Part shown: one piece after another, positions 26,161 to 38,224 of the stretch
Layout of the letters: every line of letters starts with the position of its first letter
Numbering within the stretch: position 1 is the first letter of the stretch
Assembly: GCF_006345805.1 (NCBI RefSeq)
Contig: NC_043010.1
Coordinates: 55,366,001 to 55,430,000 of the forward strand
Origin: Octopus sinensis
Lineage: Eukaryota
Direction: 5' to 3'
Length of the DNA stretch: 64,000 nt
Notes under the pieces: model-generated
What the model was told of the DNA's origin: nothing
Databases searched by the model: none
The model's input: the letters and a program-made list of their open reading frames with translations, nothing else
Made by a program: the position numbers and the translations under genes

Positions 26161-26782
26161 CTCTGTTCTCCTGCCTATCTTTCAACTCATTCACGGATGC
26201 ACTCAGAGTTCTACATCGACATCCGTCACATGTGAATGGTTTGCTTTCTCCGCACTCTCCGCCTTCGATATATTTTTTTAAAACAATAACCTACTTACAG
26301 CTCCAGGTAAAATGTTCATTAACAGTCGGCTTCCAGCATAGTGCTTAACCGATTACTGTACTTACTAATGCTACTAGTTACGATGTACTGAGCATAAGTA
26401 GTGCAAATTAAGAGACACACTCTTACACATATTTAGTTCATGCGTACGTTTGGAAATGCTGCACTGGATGTTCCAATGGATCAAAGGAACAATTCATTTG
26501 TTTCTGGTACAATGATCAATAATCAGAACAAACACACACTCACACACATACACGCACACACATACATACACACACACACACACTCATATATGTATGTGTG
26601 TTTGTGTATTTGTGTGTATGTGGATGAGTATGAGTTCGTTTTTTTTGTCAGTGCTTGTGCTCCATCACAGCTTCACAACTGCCATCAGTACGTTTAAGTT
26701 CTCGTAAGAAAGCGCTGCAACAACCAGAGAAGACAAAGAATAAGTACGAGGCTTGACATAATGTATATATATATATATATAT

Positions 26783-26990
26783 AGTTAATCCAAACAAGAA
26801 AACAAAAACAAAAAAACAACAAAGCAAAGACGTGGAACAAATAAAGTATTATTGGACGCTCAGGAAGGAAGGGAAGAAGGAGGGTTCGACGTTCCGAGCG
26901 GAGCTCTTCGTCGAAAACATTGGAGAAGGAAAGATCCCGAGAAGGGAAGACAGGGGAAAAAATTGCTAGTGATTCAGACGAGGTCACATT
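26783..26990 (-). mobile_element. Short Penelope-like terminal-repeat fragment between (TA)n tracts
   Basis: Carries a hammerhead-like motif at 26885-26917 followed by a pyrimidine/T-rich 3' end running into (TA)n. Same layout as 58787-59105. Confidence 0.6.
26885..26917 (-). ncRNA. Degenerate minimal type I hammerhead motif
   Basis: Minus strand UUU-CGACGAA-GAGC-ucc-GCUC-GGAAC-GUC-GAA, versus canonical CUGANGA..GAAAC..GUC. Core has lost one U and has one A>G change. Confidence 0.55.
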
Positions 26991-27029
26991 TAATATATAT
27001 ATATATATATATATAATATATATATATTA

Positions 27030-27060
<31 letters not shown>

Positions 27061-27104
27061 ATATAATATATATATATATATATATATTACTGCGATCAAG
27101 GCAG

Positions 27105-27690
27105 GCAGTGAGCTGGCCGAATCGTTAGCACGCCGGGCGAAATGCTTAGCGGCATTCGTCTGCCGTTACGTTATGAGTTCAAATTCCCACGAGACTGACT
27201 TTGCCTTTCATTCTTTTCGGGGTCGAGAATTAAAGTACCAGTTACGCACTGGGGTCGATGTAATCGACTTAATCCGTTTGTCTGTGCTTGTTTGTCATCT
27301 CAGTGTTTAGCCCTTTGTGGGTAGTGAAGAAATAGGTATTTCACCCGTCGATACGTTCTGAGTTCAAATTCTGCCGAGGTCAACTTTGCCTTTCATTCTT
27401 TCGGGGTCGATAAATTAAGTACCAGTTACGCACTGGGGTCGATGTAATCAACTTAACCCGTTTGTCTGTGCTTGTTTGTCCGCTCTGTGTTTAGCCCCTT
27501 GTGGGCAGTAAAGAAATAGGTATTTCGTTTGCCTCCTCGTTCTGAGATCAAATACCACCGAGGTCGACTTTGCTTTTCATCCTTTCGGGGTTGGTAAATT
27601 AAGTACCAGCTGCGCATCGGGGACGATCTAATTGATTGCCCCCCCACTCACGAAAAATTTCGAGCCTTGTGCCTTCAAGAGAGAAGAATA
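27105..27690 (+). mobile_element. Family B SINE trimer: one head plus three tandem bodies
   Basis: Bodies are joined at AAGAAATA|GGTATTTC at about 27334 and 27518. The third body ends in a different subfamily tail. Confidence 0.88.
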
Positions 27691-28149
27691 TGTACTTCGA
27701 TTCTTCAAGGGGGTGCCCGATTATTGTCGCACACTATTGATTAAAAAATTAAAACATTTACAATTTAAAATATACTCAAGTTACTGATAACTCAATTATT
27801 TTCTCTTTTCTTATTTGTGTTCAAATTAAGACATGTTCATAAAACCTAAATGGGATGAAATCCAGTTTTATGTCCAAGCATCACAGCTGCCGCAAGCAGA
27901 TTGCTGTGCTGATGATATGAACTTGAGACAGAAATACATGTCCGCAGCTGTCTGCTTCTTTTCAAGAACCGAGATCTTATTTGCTTAATGACTTTTTAGT
28001 TTAAGAGAAGCGGTTCTTCTTGAGATTTTCTTCCTTTTCACGTAGACTCGAACGAAATTCATGCAAGGATTTCCTTTGCTATTCTCTCGATGGAAGAAGA
28101 TAATTTCAATAAATCATATTTGGCTGCATGATGGTATTTGATATACCTA

Positions 28150-28223
28150 ACAGTATGTGTGTACGTCGAAACGTCTATATATATAATATATATTATATAT
28201 ATATGATTATTATATATATAATA

Positions 28224-28255
<32 letters not shown>

Positions 28256-28329
28256 TATATATATGGATGTATTGAATCTAAATTGTTTGCTGAACTATGC
28301 ATGTATTATGTTAGTATCTTCTATCTATC

Positions 28330-28360
<31 letters not shown>

Positions 28361-28424
28361 ATATATATACACATATAATGTATATATGTAAATATAAGTA
28401 TATATATACATGTATGTATATATT

Positions 28425-28496
<72 letters not shown>

Positions 28497-28522
28497 TAAA
28501 TATTTACACACACATATATGAG

Positions 28523-28568
<46 letters not shown>

Positions 28569-28720
28569 TCTAATTGAGAGAGAGAGAAACAGAAAGAAAG
28601 CAATGATTCGTATATGTATGGATGTATCACTACCCCACCACCACGCTCTCACTAGATATACACATATATACATATACACACTCATGTTCACACACACACA
28701 CATACACTCACACACACACA
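28150..28720. repeat. (TA)n/(CA)n compound microsatellites
   Basis: Read directly from the sequence. Confidence 0.9.
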
Positions 28721-29109
28721 TATACGAGAAATCTATTTCTTTATAACCATATGAAAAGGAATCGCTCTCTATACCACTTACTTTACTCCCAAGATTTATA
28801 GTATTCACTTACTTTTTATTGAGAGAACTACAATTTCACATTGATACGCACATAATACGTCTCTAAGGACTATACTATTATTAAGCTCCTCAAAATATAT
28901 ATGCAACCTGAGCTGAAAGCATTTCGTGAAAAAAAAATGAATAATATATATGATTACATGGATTGCTGCAGTAAAAATTCATTGCAATACAAGTCAAGAA
29001 ACGAGGTTCATTGACATCAGCCAATCACCAAAAATATACTCGACCTGCTAGTAACTGAAGTGAAATATCGTTTTAAATTAAATAAAAATAATAAATGCGC
29101 CATTTCAAA

Positions 29110-29338
29110 GCCTAACCAGCTTCATGGACCCGGTTTCCCTGTTTCTATGTGTTCCCCAGTTGGATGGGACGCCAGTCCATCGCAGTGTTATTCATTTTTG
29201 CCAGCTGAGTGGACTGGAGCAACGTAAAATGAAGTGTTTTGCTCAAGAACACAACGCGTCGCCCGGTGCAGGAATCGAAACCACAATCTTACGATTATGG
29301 TGCTGACACCCTAACCACTAACCCACGCGTCTCCACAT
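29110..29338 (-). mobile_element. SINE with tRNA head, CORE domain and Meta/V-like domain
   Basis: Minus strand: GTGGAGACGCGTGGG..TTCGATTCC, then TTGAGCAAAACACTTCATTTTACGTTGCTCCAGTCCACTCAGCTGG, then ACTGCGATGGACTGGCGTCCCATCCA. Confidence 0.8.
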
Positions 29339-29354
29339 CGTTGAAATTACAGTA

Positions 29355-29357
<3 letters not shown>

Positions 29358-29449
<92 letters not shown>

Positions 29450-29667
29450 TGTATGTATGTATGTATGTATGTATGTATGTATGTATGTATGTATGTATGT
29501 ATGTATGTATGTATGTATGTATGTATGTATGTATGTATGTATGTATGTATGTATGTATGTATGTATGTATGTATGTATGTATGTATGTATGTATGTATCT
29601 CTCTCTCTCTATGTATATATATATATATATATATATATAAACAAAGATAAATGCGATACAATAAAAT

Positions 29668-29700
<33 letters not shown>
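29358..29700. repeat. (TA)n plus long perfect (ATGT)n microsatellite
   Basis: Read directly from the sequence. Confidence 0.97.
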
Positions 29701-29703
<3 letters not shown>

Positions 29704-29980
29704 GGACTTCTTTCCCTCCTCCAAATCTACACACAAGTCAGTCTCTTGTTGGTGATGTATAAATATATTTAATGTATTACCTTTATTGGATGGTTGTAAA
29801 GGCTTTCAATTGTATTTACATTCTGATCAGTGATCATTTATCCTCCACTTAAATGACCATTGTGAAAGCATCTCTTAAGTGTTTCTGGGCCATCTAATAT
29901 ACCTAAGAAATTCACTGAGATGAAAAATGCTGCTACGTCTAAAATATATAGATATATACCATTTTCTTTGTCTTCTTTGT

Positions 29981-30357
29981 CTTACGTGTTTCAGTCATTA
30001 GATAGAGGCCATGCTGGTGCATCGCCTTGAAGATTCTTCAGTTGAATGCTTTGACTACAGTACTTCTTTTTTAAGCTTGGTACCTCTTCTACTCTATCTG
30101 ACACTTATGCCGAACCGCTGAGTTGCTGACCCGTAAACACGCCACCACGGGTTGTGAAGCGTTGGTGGATGATATAGACATGCGCAAAGACACACACACA
30201 CATTCACAGACAGACATACAGGCAGACACACACATGACGGGTTTCCAAATACACTCACAACAATTTAATCGACCCGATGCTATAAAAAAATTATTCAGTG
30301 GGACTGAACCCGGAACCACGTGGCTGGGAAGCAAGCTTCTTACCACATGGTCGCGCA
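29981..30357 (-). mobile_element. Diverged CORE-type SINE family A
   Basis: GTTTCAGTCATTAGA..GCCGAACCGCTGAG..GGGACTGAACCCGGAACCACGTGG..CTTACCACA. Confidence 0.8.
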
Positions 30358-30539
30358 ACAAAAAAAAAACCTTCCAGCTCTTCAGTTACTTACCAACTGA
30401 ATGTAGGGAGAATAGTTTGCATAATGGTCACATTAGGACCTCATTATATCTAAAAAAAAAATAAGGCGGCATGGTCACGGTCGGAATATTATTGATCTCA
30501 GTTCTGCTCGATCAGCTCTTCCTCGCACAAAATATCGCT

Positions 30540-30777
30540 ACCGTCATCATCCTTCTAAACATCATCCCCATCACCATCACCACCATAATCATCATCATCC
30601 CCATCACCATCATCATCGACATCATCATCATCATCATCGTCATCATCATCATTCTTGTCATCTTTACTAAAACGGTCGTTATCTTGTAAAAGTACATTTT
30701 CAACATTATAAAGATGAACTTTCTTTCCCAGACGATGTAATGATAACCTTATAACAAATCAAACCTTTCTGCATAAT

Positions 30778-30850
<73 letters not shown>

Positions 30851-30910
30851 GAAGAATATAATAATAATAATAATAATAATAATGATGATGATGATGATAA
30901 TAATAAAATA
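30540..30910. repeat. (CAT)n and (TAA)n/(TGA)n trinucleotide microsatellites
   Basis: Read directly from the sequence. Confidence 0.95.
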
Positions 30911-31552
30911 TACTTTCGATAATGCAATCATGTAGTTTGAAATATCTGAAAGTTCGATAATCATAGGTTTGTTTGATCGGAAGTGATCTGAATTTTAACA
31001 TCATAATCATAACGGCAGTACTGACTTTTTGCCGAAAATATGTTCTCAGTTTTCACAGGGAACTATTTTGGTTTTGGTATCTCGCTCACTCATAGAATAT
31101 GTACATAACTTTGAATCTTTAAACGTATATATAAGATAGTTCTCTCTCCAATCTGTAGGAAATAACACGGAAAAAATCACAGAAATTAATCAGTAAATAA
31201 CTTAGTTTTCTAATTGTTTCACTCATCATAATGCTCTCAAATGTTTTAATTCTTTCGCTTATTTTAATGCCGTCATTGTGTGTTTACTCGAACACATCGA
31301 ATGCAGAAATTATTTTAAATCTGGTACTTACTTTATCGGCTATTTTGTCGAGTCTCTATGAGAAAGTTAAACAAAATTAGACCGGTCTTCAGGTGTGGAA
31401 ATACAAACATAAACACGCATAGGACAGGCTTCTCAAATGCGTAAATCAATCCGGGGTTACAAATAATGATAATTGCCCAAGGGGCCATATAGTAAGATTG
31501 ATACTGAAACCGTTTGATTACGACGGGAACTTCTTATTCATATAATCAACCT

Positions 31553-32034
31553 TCTTCTTAATGCCTTTAAACCTCCAACGCTGAGTATAGGCCACGTATA
31601 GTTGAATTCCATGTCGCATAAGTTTTGGCTTCTGTACTTATATTCTGCCATGAATGTCCCCCTTTCTCTAGTTCCTTTTGTGTTGATCTCCTCCACGAGT
31701 TCTTAGGCCTACATCTCCTTCTATATCTATCCAGTTTCCACTGTAAAGCACTTTTCGCTACATTTGGTGTTTCTTTTCTAATTGTGCTACCAATCCACTT
31801 CAAATTTTTCTTAAATATTTGCTCCCTAATCGAAACTTCATGTGTTCTTTGCCATAGCTCCATATTGCTTATGTGTTCGGGCCATCTAATTTTAAGTATA
31901 CAACACAAGCATCTGTTGATGAATGATTGTATTTGCTTATTTGACTTAACTCTTGTTCGCCATGCCTCAGCCCCATACAATAACACCGCTTTTACGTTAG
32001 TGTTAAAAATTCTTATTTTGTTCTCTATGAGGAT
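31553..32034 (-). mobile_element. RTE-clade LINE, 5'-truncated 3' end with TSD
   Basis: Open frame KIRIFNTNVKAVLLYGAEAWRT..FINRCL..ILKIRWPEHISNMELW..KWIG.TIRK..RRR.RPKNSWRRS is the classic RTE ORF C-terminus. (AAG)n tail. Imperfect 19-bp TSD at 31534-31552 and 32035-32053. Confidence 0.92.
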
Positions 32035-33140
32035 TTATTTCTATAAACAACCTACACCTTATTTAATTGTTTATAGTTTCATTGCTTTTATAAACTGAAT
32101 AATATATTGTTTGGTTGTTTGTTTTTTTTACATATTTTCCCTATTATATAATTTGTAATTGTGTCCTGTACTGTTATTTAAGAGAGCAATAAGAACTGTG
32201 GTTTTAATATTCCGGTCGGAGGTTTCCTGAGCGTCAACATAAATGTTAGGGGTGAGTGATCCGTGAAATGAATTGCGAATTTTTAAAAGGGTGTAGTGTT
32301 CAGTGTAATTAGTCAAACACATTCACTCATGTGTACACACATCTCATTTGAGTGATTAAAGTGAAGAAACGAGCGTGTTAGTTAATTAAGCCGGCTACTT
32401 GAAACCAAGGGCCGTGGGGCTGTTAATATCTATTTAAATAAATTGAATCCTTAGTACTAAAACTTTTAATTCCTTAACTTAAAGTAATATTTGTTACATT
32501 ACTTGAAATTATTATAAATGGCATTTAAATTAAACGTGACATTTATTTCCTGTAACTCTATTCCCTTCTACATCCTAATATACTCTCTGTTGACTGACTA
32601 TGCTAATGCTCCACACATTTTATCTGAATTAATTCATACCTGCGAGAGAAACGCTGACAGTTATTTCATTTCAGATTCTTTAGATTATATTTAAATTAAA
32701 TATTCTTCAGAAAAGTTTCCTGTTATAATAATTACAAAAGAAAACAATTTCTTCGAATTAATCTGATTTACCAGTTTAATCTAAACGTCAGTCTGCGTGA
32801 CTAAATGTCGGAAAATATTATGCAGTGGGTCGAGGGAAGGTGGAATGCTGCAATATTTGTTATTGTTTAAACTTTTAAAATCATATTATATAAACCATTT
32901 CTTGTTATTAATTTCTGCTATTTGGTTTACAGCACATAGGTCTGATCATGGACATTTACGGTGTATATAGTATTTTTCTTTTTTACTATGACAAGCTGTT
33001 GCTATCCTTCTTCACTAAACTTTTGATTATTTCTGTGAAAAAGGAACGTGTTGAGTGGTGATCCCGCAACACATTTCATGGCTTTTCCCCCTTCTCTCAA
33101 TTCGATATTGTTTTGGGAAAAAGAAACATTTTGTTCCCTC

Positions 33141-33935
33141 GCAACTCTTCTTATTTCTTTATTGCCCTCAAGGGGCCAAACATAGAGGGGACAAACAAGA
33201 ACAGACAAACGGATTAAGTCGATTACATCGACCACAGTGCCTAACTGGTACTTAAATTATCGACCCCGAAAGGATGAAAGGCAAAGTAGACATCGGTGTA
33301 ATTTAAACTCAGAACGTAAAGACAGGCGAAATACCTATTTCTTTTCTACCCACAAGGGGCTAAACACAGAGAGGATAAACAAGGACAGACAAACGGATTA
33401 AGTCGATTACATCGACCCCAGTGAGTAACTGGTACTTATTTACTCGACCCCGAAAGGATGAAAGGCAAAGTCAACCGCGGCGGAATTTGAACTCAGAACG
33501 TAGTGGCAGACGAAATGCCTATTTATTTACTACCCACAAGGGGCTAAACACAAAAAGGGCAAAGAAGGACAGAAAAACGGATTAAGTCGATTACATCGAC
33601 ACCAGTGCGTAACTGGTACTTAAATTATCGATCCCGAAAGGATAAAAGGCAATGTCGACCTCGGCGGAAATTGAACTCAGAACGTAGTGGCAGACGAAAT
33701 ACCTATTTCTTTACTACCCACAAGGGGCTAAACACAGAAAGGGCAAAGAAGGACAGACAAACGGATTAAGTCGATTACATCGACCCCAGTGCGTAACTAG
33801 TAATTAATTTATCGATCCCGAAAGGATGAAAGGCAAATCGACATCGGTGGAATGTGATCCCAGAACGTAACGGCAGACGAAATACCGCTACGCATTTCGC
33901 CCAGCATGCTAACGTTTCTGCCAGCTCTCTGCCTT
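33141..33935 (-). mobile_element. Family B SINE tetramer: one head plus four tandem bodies of about 184 bp
   Basis: Units begin at about 33141, 33336, 33520 and 33703. Junctions read GAAATA|GGTATTTC (one GGCATTTC) on the minus strand. A single head lies at about 33890-33935. Confidence 0.92.
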
Positions 33936-35164
33936 TTTCCTTCGCAACCCTTCTCACGGCACGACATTGTCGATTCCGGGAAAGAGAGGCAGGAAGAAAG
34001 AGAAAGGTTGAGAAGGAGGAGAAAAAGAAGTAATTCAAAGGCACTTCATCGATTCTGATTGGATGGAACTCAAAGTTTGCCTGACAATGTTTTAATTTGC
34101 ACGTAACACATACAGCAAAGCAAGCTGCCAGACAACCGAATGTTTCTTGCATTTTACAACATATATGGACAATTACGGGGTAGAGAATAACCAATAACAG
34201 CTTCTATTTGGTGGAATAATTGAAATACTGAGATCTTGCTTCTGTGTCCATTCCCCTTATCGTGTTTACTTGTATGTTTTGCACCAGCGAAATTCAGACA
34301 GAAATGTGTTTGTAATACACTGGAGAACGATACGAATCTATTAAACTTTGTTGTAAATTCGTAACACAATGTTCGAACGGAGAGAAAGAGAAAAAAGTAA
34401 ATATCACGAGAAAAAGGTCAACAAAACGGAAACCTTCCATAAATTACTAGTTTGTATTTGGTGGCGGAGGATTCCGTTGTTTCATTGAATAAAATTGATT
34501 TCACCTTTATGTCGACATATGTGTAATGTCATTGTACAAATCGTGTTGCTATTGTATACAAGTCGTGTGTTATCTGTAGATATCTGACTTAAAATATTAT
34601 GTAATTGCTTAAACCATTATTTATGGCACTTAAGTGAAAAGTGACACTGAGTCGTATTCCATTGACATTTTTTATTCGTTCGTTCTTTCTATTTGCTTTC
34701 TACTCAATGAAAAAAAAAATAATATATTGTATGAAAAGAAGTGTAATTGGTAAAACGTCAGATAAGACAACATGAAGTACATACTTACGTCGTAAGTTCA
34801 AAATCCTAATCCCATCGAGTTCAAATTTTCCATTCATTCATCAGAGTGAACGAAGTCAATGAAAGGAAGGTCGGCAAGCATAGACTATTCTTTCCAGCGA
34901 ATATATCTCCCAGGGAAATGACAGAAAAACACACCTTATGATATTCAGATCCATTCAGAGTATATATCTTACATGAGGAGAGTCTATCGTTTCAACCTGC
35001 CTCTGTCAATGACATAACATATATCATAGACTACTACTTATAATCTGCATCAAATTTTGCTACACCCGAACTGTCTAAAAAGACCGTTTGCTGTACAACT
35101 GTTACTAACGAAATGTATCTATTATGTCTCCAAATATTAGTCGTTAATATTTCATTTCATATAA

Positions 35165-35390
35165 AAGCGTTGAACTGATAGAATGTTTAGCACACCGGTC
35201 GTAATGCTTAGTGGTGTTTCGCCCGTTCTTACGTTCTGAAGTCAAATCCTGATGCTTTGCCTTTCATACTTTCTAGGACGATAAAAAATAAGTTGTGTAC
35301 TGAGGTCAATGTTGTCAATTTACACCGTAACTAAAAAATGCTGGCCTAGTGCAAAATTTGGGACTAATATTTCGTTGTATATATAACATA
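35165..35390 (+). mobile_element. Old diverged family B SINE
   Basis: AGCACACCGGTCGTAATGCTTAG..TTACGTTCTGAAGTCAAAT..TTTGCCTTTCAT. Confidence 0.65.
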
Positions 35391-36054
35391 TTAAGAAAAC
35401 ATATAACAAAAATCGCAAAGAAAATTAAAGTAAATGTTTGCAAAACGTTATTTTCTCCTTTTAGAAAGGAAAGAAGAAGGATTTTTCAGCTTGATACGAT
35501 GTATTGTACGTAGCTCTATTTTGGAAAAGCTGCACTGGATGTTCCAACATTTCGAGTTCTTTTACAGGGCTTAGAAAAACTGAAGGACCGCTGCAATACA
35601 TGTGTGAAACCGAGAGGGGAGTATACTGGATATAATCATAATTAACTGATCCTTGGTAGAACAGCAAACACTACGTTATTTCTCTTGAGAGATCCTCGCA
35701 TAAAGGGAGTTGGTGCATAAAAAGTGCACGCATTTTCCTTACAATTGAGGTGGAGTGATTGCAGTCAAAATAGCCAAATTATATACTGCTAAAAGGAAGA
35801 TTCTTTTGCAAAGTTACAGAAAGGTTTATAGTTCATTTTCGGCTTTAAAAACCCAGAAGATTTTTTGTACTCAGCATTCATCAGAATGACAAGTTCGACT
35901 CGTCGCTGTCTTTGAATTATTTATTTAAGCGATCGGAGACTTTCTCTTTTCGTTTAATACGAGCAATCCTCTCTCTAGAAATAATACTTATATATCGATA
36001 TATATTAAGTACGTCTACATCTACACACACACACATACACACACGCACACACAA

Positions 36055-36138
<84 letters not shown>

Positions 36139-36782
36139 TTGTGTGTGTTTAAATGCCAAATATTATTTGCGTTGAAATATGTCCACAGTCTGTGTGTGTT
36201 TATTTATTTATGTATCGACCACTATATGTCAATGCCTATATATTTATAAATATATATGTGTGTATGTGCGTGCGGCGATTGTGATTGTGTGTGTGTGTGT
36301 GTGCATGCATCCGCCTGTGTGTGTGTTTGTACGTATGTACGTATGTATGTGTGCATGAAAATTAATACTTATCTCCCTGGCAAGTTCGAACTGTAGAAGC
36401 AGAGTGATGCTGCTATTGAATTACCGTAGCAGGCCTGCCAATCAAATCGTATTTGATCGATTTGTCTTGAAAATAATTCGATTTAATCCAGCATACATCG
36501 TGAGCTTCTAATCCGCTAAGAGTGTATGATTTCTTACCAGCACTTAATCGATGAAAAATGCAATTTTATCGTTTCTAAAACGAATATATTGATAGATATG
36601 GGAGGTCCGACATGTGGCAGCTACGTTCTTCACACACACACACACACACACACAAAGATAGACATAAATATATATGTATACATACATATATATATATATG
36701 TGTGTTGAGTATAGAAATTCGGGGTGAGTACTTGATAATTATAAGCACCTGTGTATACCGTTTGGTGGTGTAGGTGGTGGAG

Positions 36783-37276
36783 TAAATTGATCAAATTAAA
36801 ATAAAAACATGATGCGAAGGATTCAGCGGTACATATGTTTCGGGCCTTTATTAGACAGATTTATAACAATGCATAATGTATGTCTGTGGCCTTCTTCAGC
36901 CGCGCACAACAGCTTCCACAAGGACATGTGTTACATCAAAAATTCTTGGTTGGGGATGCAAATCCTCTCATTCACGTACGACATAATGCGGCAGCAGCAT
37001 AGAATTGAAGCGTCCATCTCTTTCTTCTCTCAATGTAGAATGAGGAAAATTGGATGTTGAGGTAATGTAAATAAATAAATACATATATAGAGGTGAAGAT
37101 GGAGGGGCGAGAGTTCGGGACGAGGGATAAAAAATGTATAAAAAGTGTAAGTATAGAATAATATAAAAATGTAGAGGATAAAGATATAAAGAGTTGTAAG
37201 GAGATGTAAAGGGGGTATAAAGAAATATAAAGAAATATAAATAAATGTAAAGGCATAAGGTTATAAAGTAAAAATA
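36783..37276 (-). mobile_element. Penelope-like terminal repeat, left arm of a 494-bp inverted repeat
   Basis: Reverse complement of 38469-38962 with only two mismatches seen by eye. Contains a hammerhead motif. Confidence 0.85.
36826..36903 (-). ncRNA. Minimal type I hammerhead ribozyme motif (copy 1)
   Basis: Exact reverse complement of 38842-38919. Predicted cleavage between 36830 and 36829. Confidence 0.75.
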
Positions 37277-37319
37277 CAAACGTTTAACACACACCTCTAA
37301 CTTTCAACCACCTTCATCT

Positions 37320-37720
37320 CATGTTAAACTTTACAAAATTATATTTTTATCTTTTTTTATTTTATTTTGTTTTATTTTATTTTATTTTATCTTATTTTAT
37401 TTTATTTTATTTTATCTTATTTTATCTTATTTTATCTTATTTTATTTTATTTTTATTTTTACTTTTATTTTTACTTTTATCCTACTTCCATTTATTTTTA
37501 TTTTTAATTTTATTTTTACTTTTATTCTACTTCCATTTATTCTCATTTTCATTTTCATCCCTTACCTTAACTCTTATAATTTTTATAATTCTTATACTTC
37601 ATTTCTAACTATTACATTGTATTTCTTATTTTATACTGTATTTTTTATTTCTAATCTTTACCCTTACCCTCATTCTTACCCCTAACTTATCGCTTTACAC
37701 CTCTATATATGTTTATTTAC
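37320..37720. repeat. (TTTTA)n / T-rich tract with a short piece resembling the inverted-repeat arm
   Basis: CACCTCTATATATGTTTATTTACTTACC at about 37698-37725 resembles CACCTCTATATATGTATTTATTTATTTAC at about 38650. Confidence 0.75.
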
Positions 37721-37739
37721 TTACCTATGGATCCACCTT

Positions 37740-38222
37740 TTGAATATACGAGCGTCCGCGTACGTGTGTGTACGCACACATACATATGCACGCGCATATA
37801 TGTACATGCATACTTCGATATCTTATAGCTATACCCGTGTGCGCGTGTGTCTCTCTGTGTGTGTATATGAGTGTATATGTGCACGCACATACGGACACAC
37901 AGCCGTGTGTGCGTGCGCATGTTGACATGAGTACGGGATTCTTTACTTACGTTCTTATACACATCCTTTAATATCTTATACCTGGACCTAGAGGCGTGGG
38001 CATATACGTGTGTGTATGTAGTGATGGGCGCGCGTATATACATGTGAGCGTGTACGCGCGTAATGTCCGTGTATATATGCGGATATTCTGTTGTATGTAT
38101 GTGTGTGTACGCGCGTGCGTGTGGGTGCGTGTGTGTTTATGTACGTGTTTACGCGCGAGTGCGTGTGTATGCTTATAGTCTTGGAGGCGTATATGTGCGC
38201 GTGTATGTGGGTGTATGTATCC
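37740..38222. repeat. Degenerate alternating purine-pyrimidine (GT/GC/AT) tract
   Basis: Read directly from the sequence. Confidence 0.9.
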
Positions 38223-38224
38223 AT

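Noticed and set aside
33141-33935. Regularly spaced repeats as a CRISPR-like array
   Set aside because: Units are whole SINE bodies without unique spacers, in eukaryotic context.
37719-37730. Perfect minus-strand AG|GTAAGT donor
   Set aside because: It lies in a fragment resembling the PLE arm and has no acceptor upstream.
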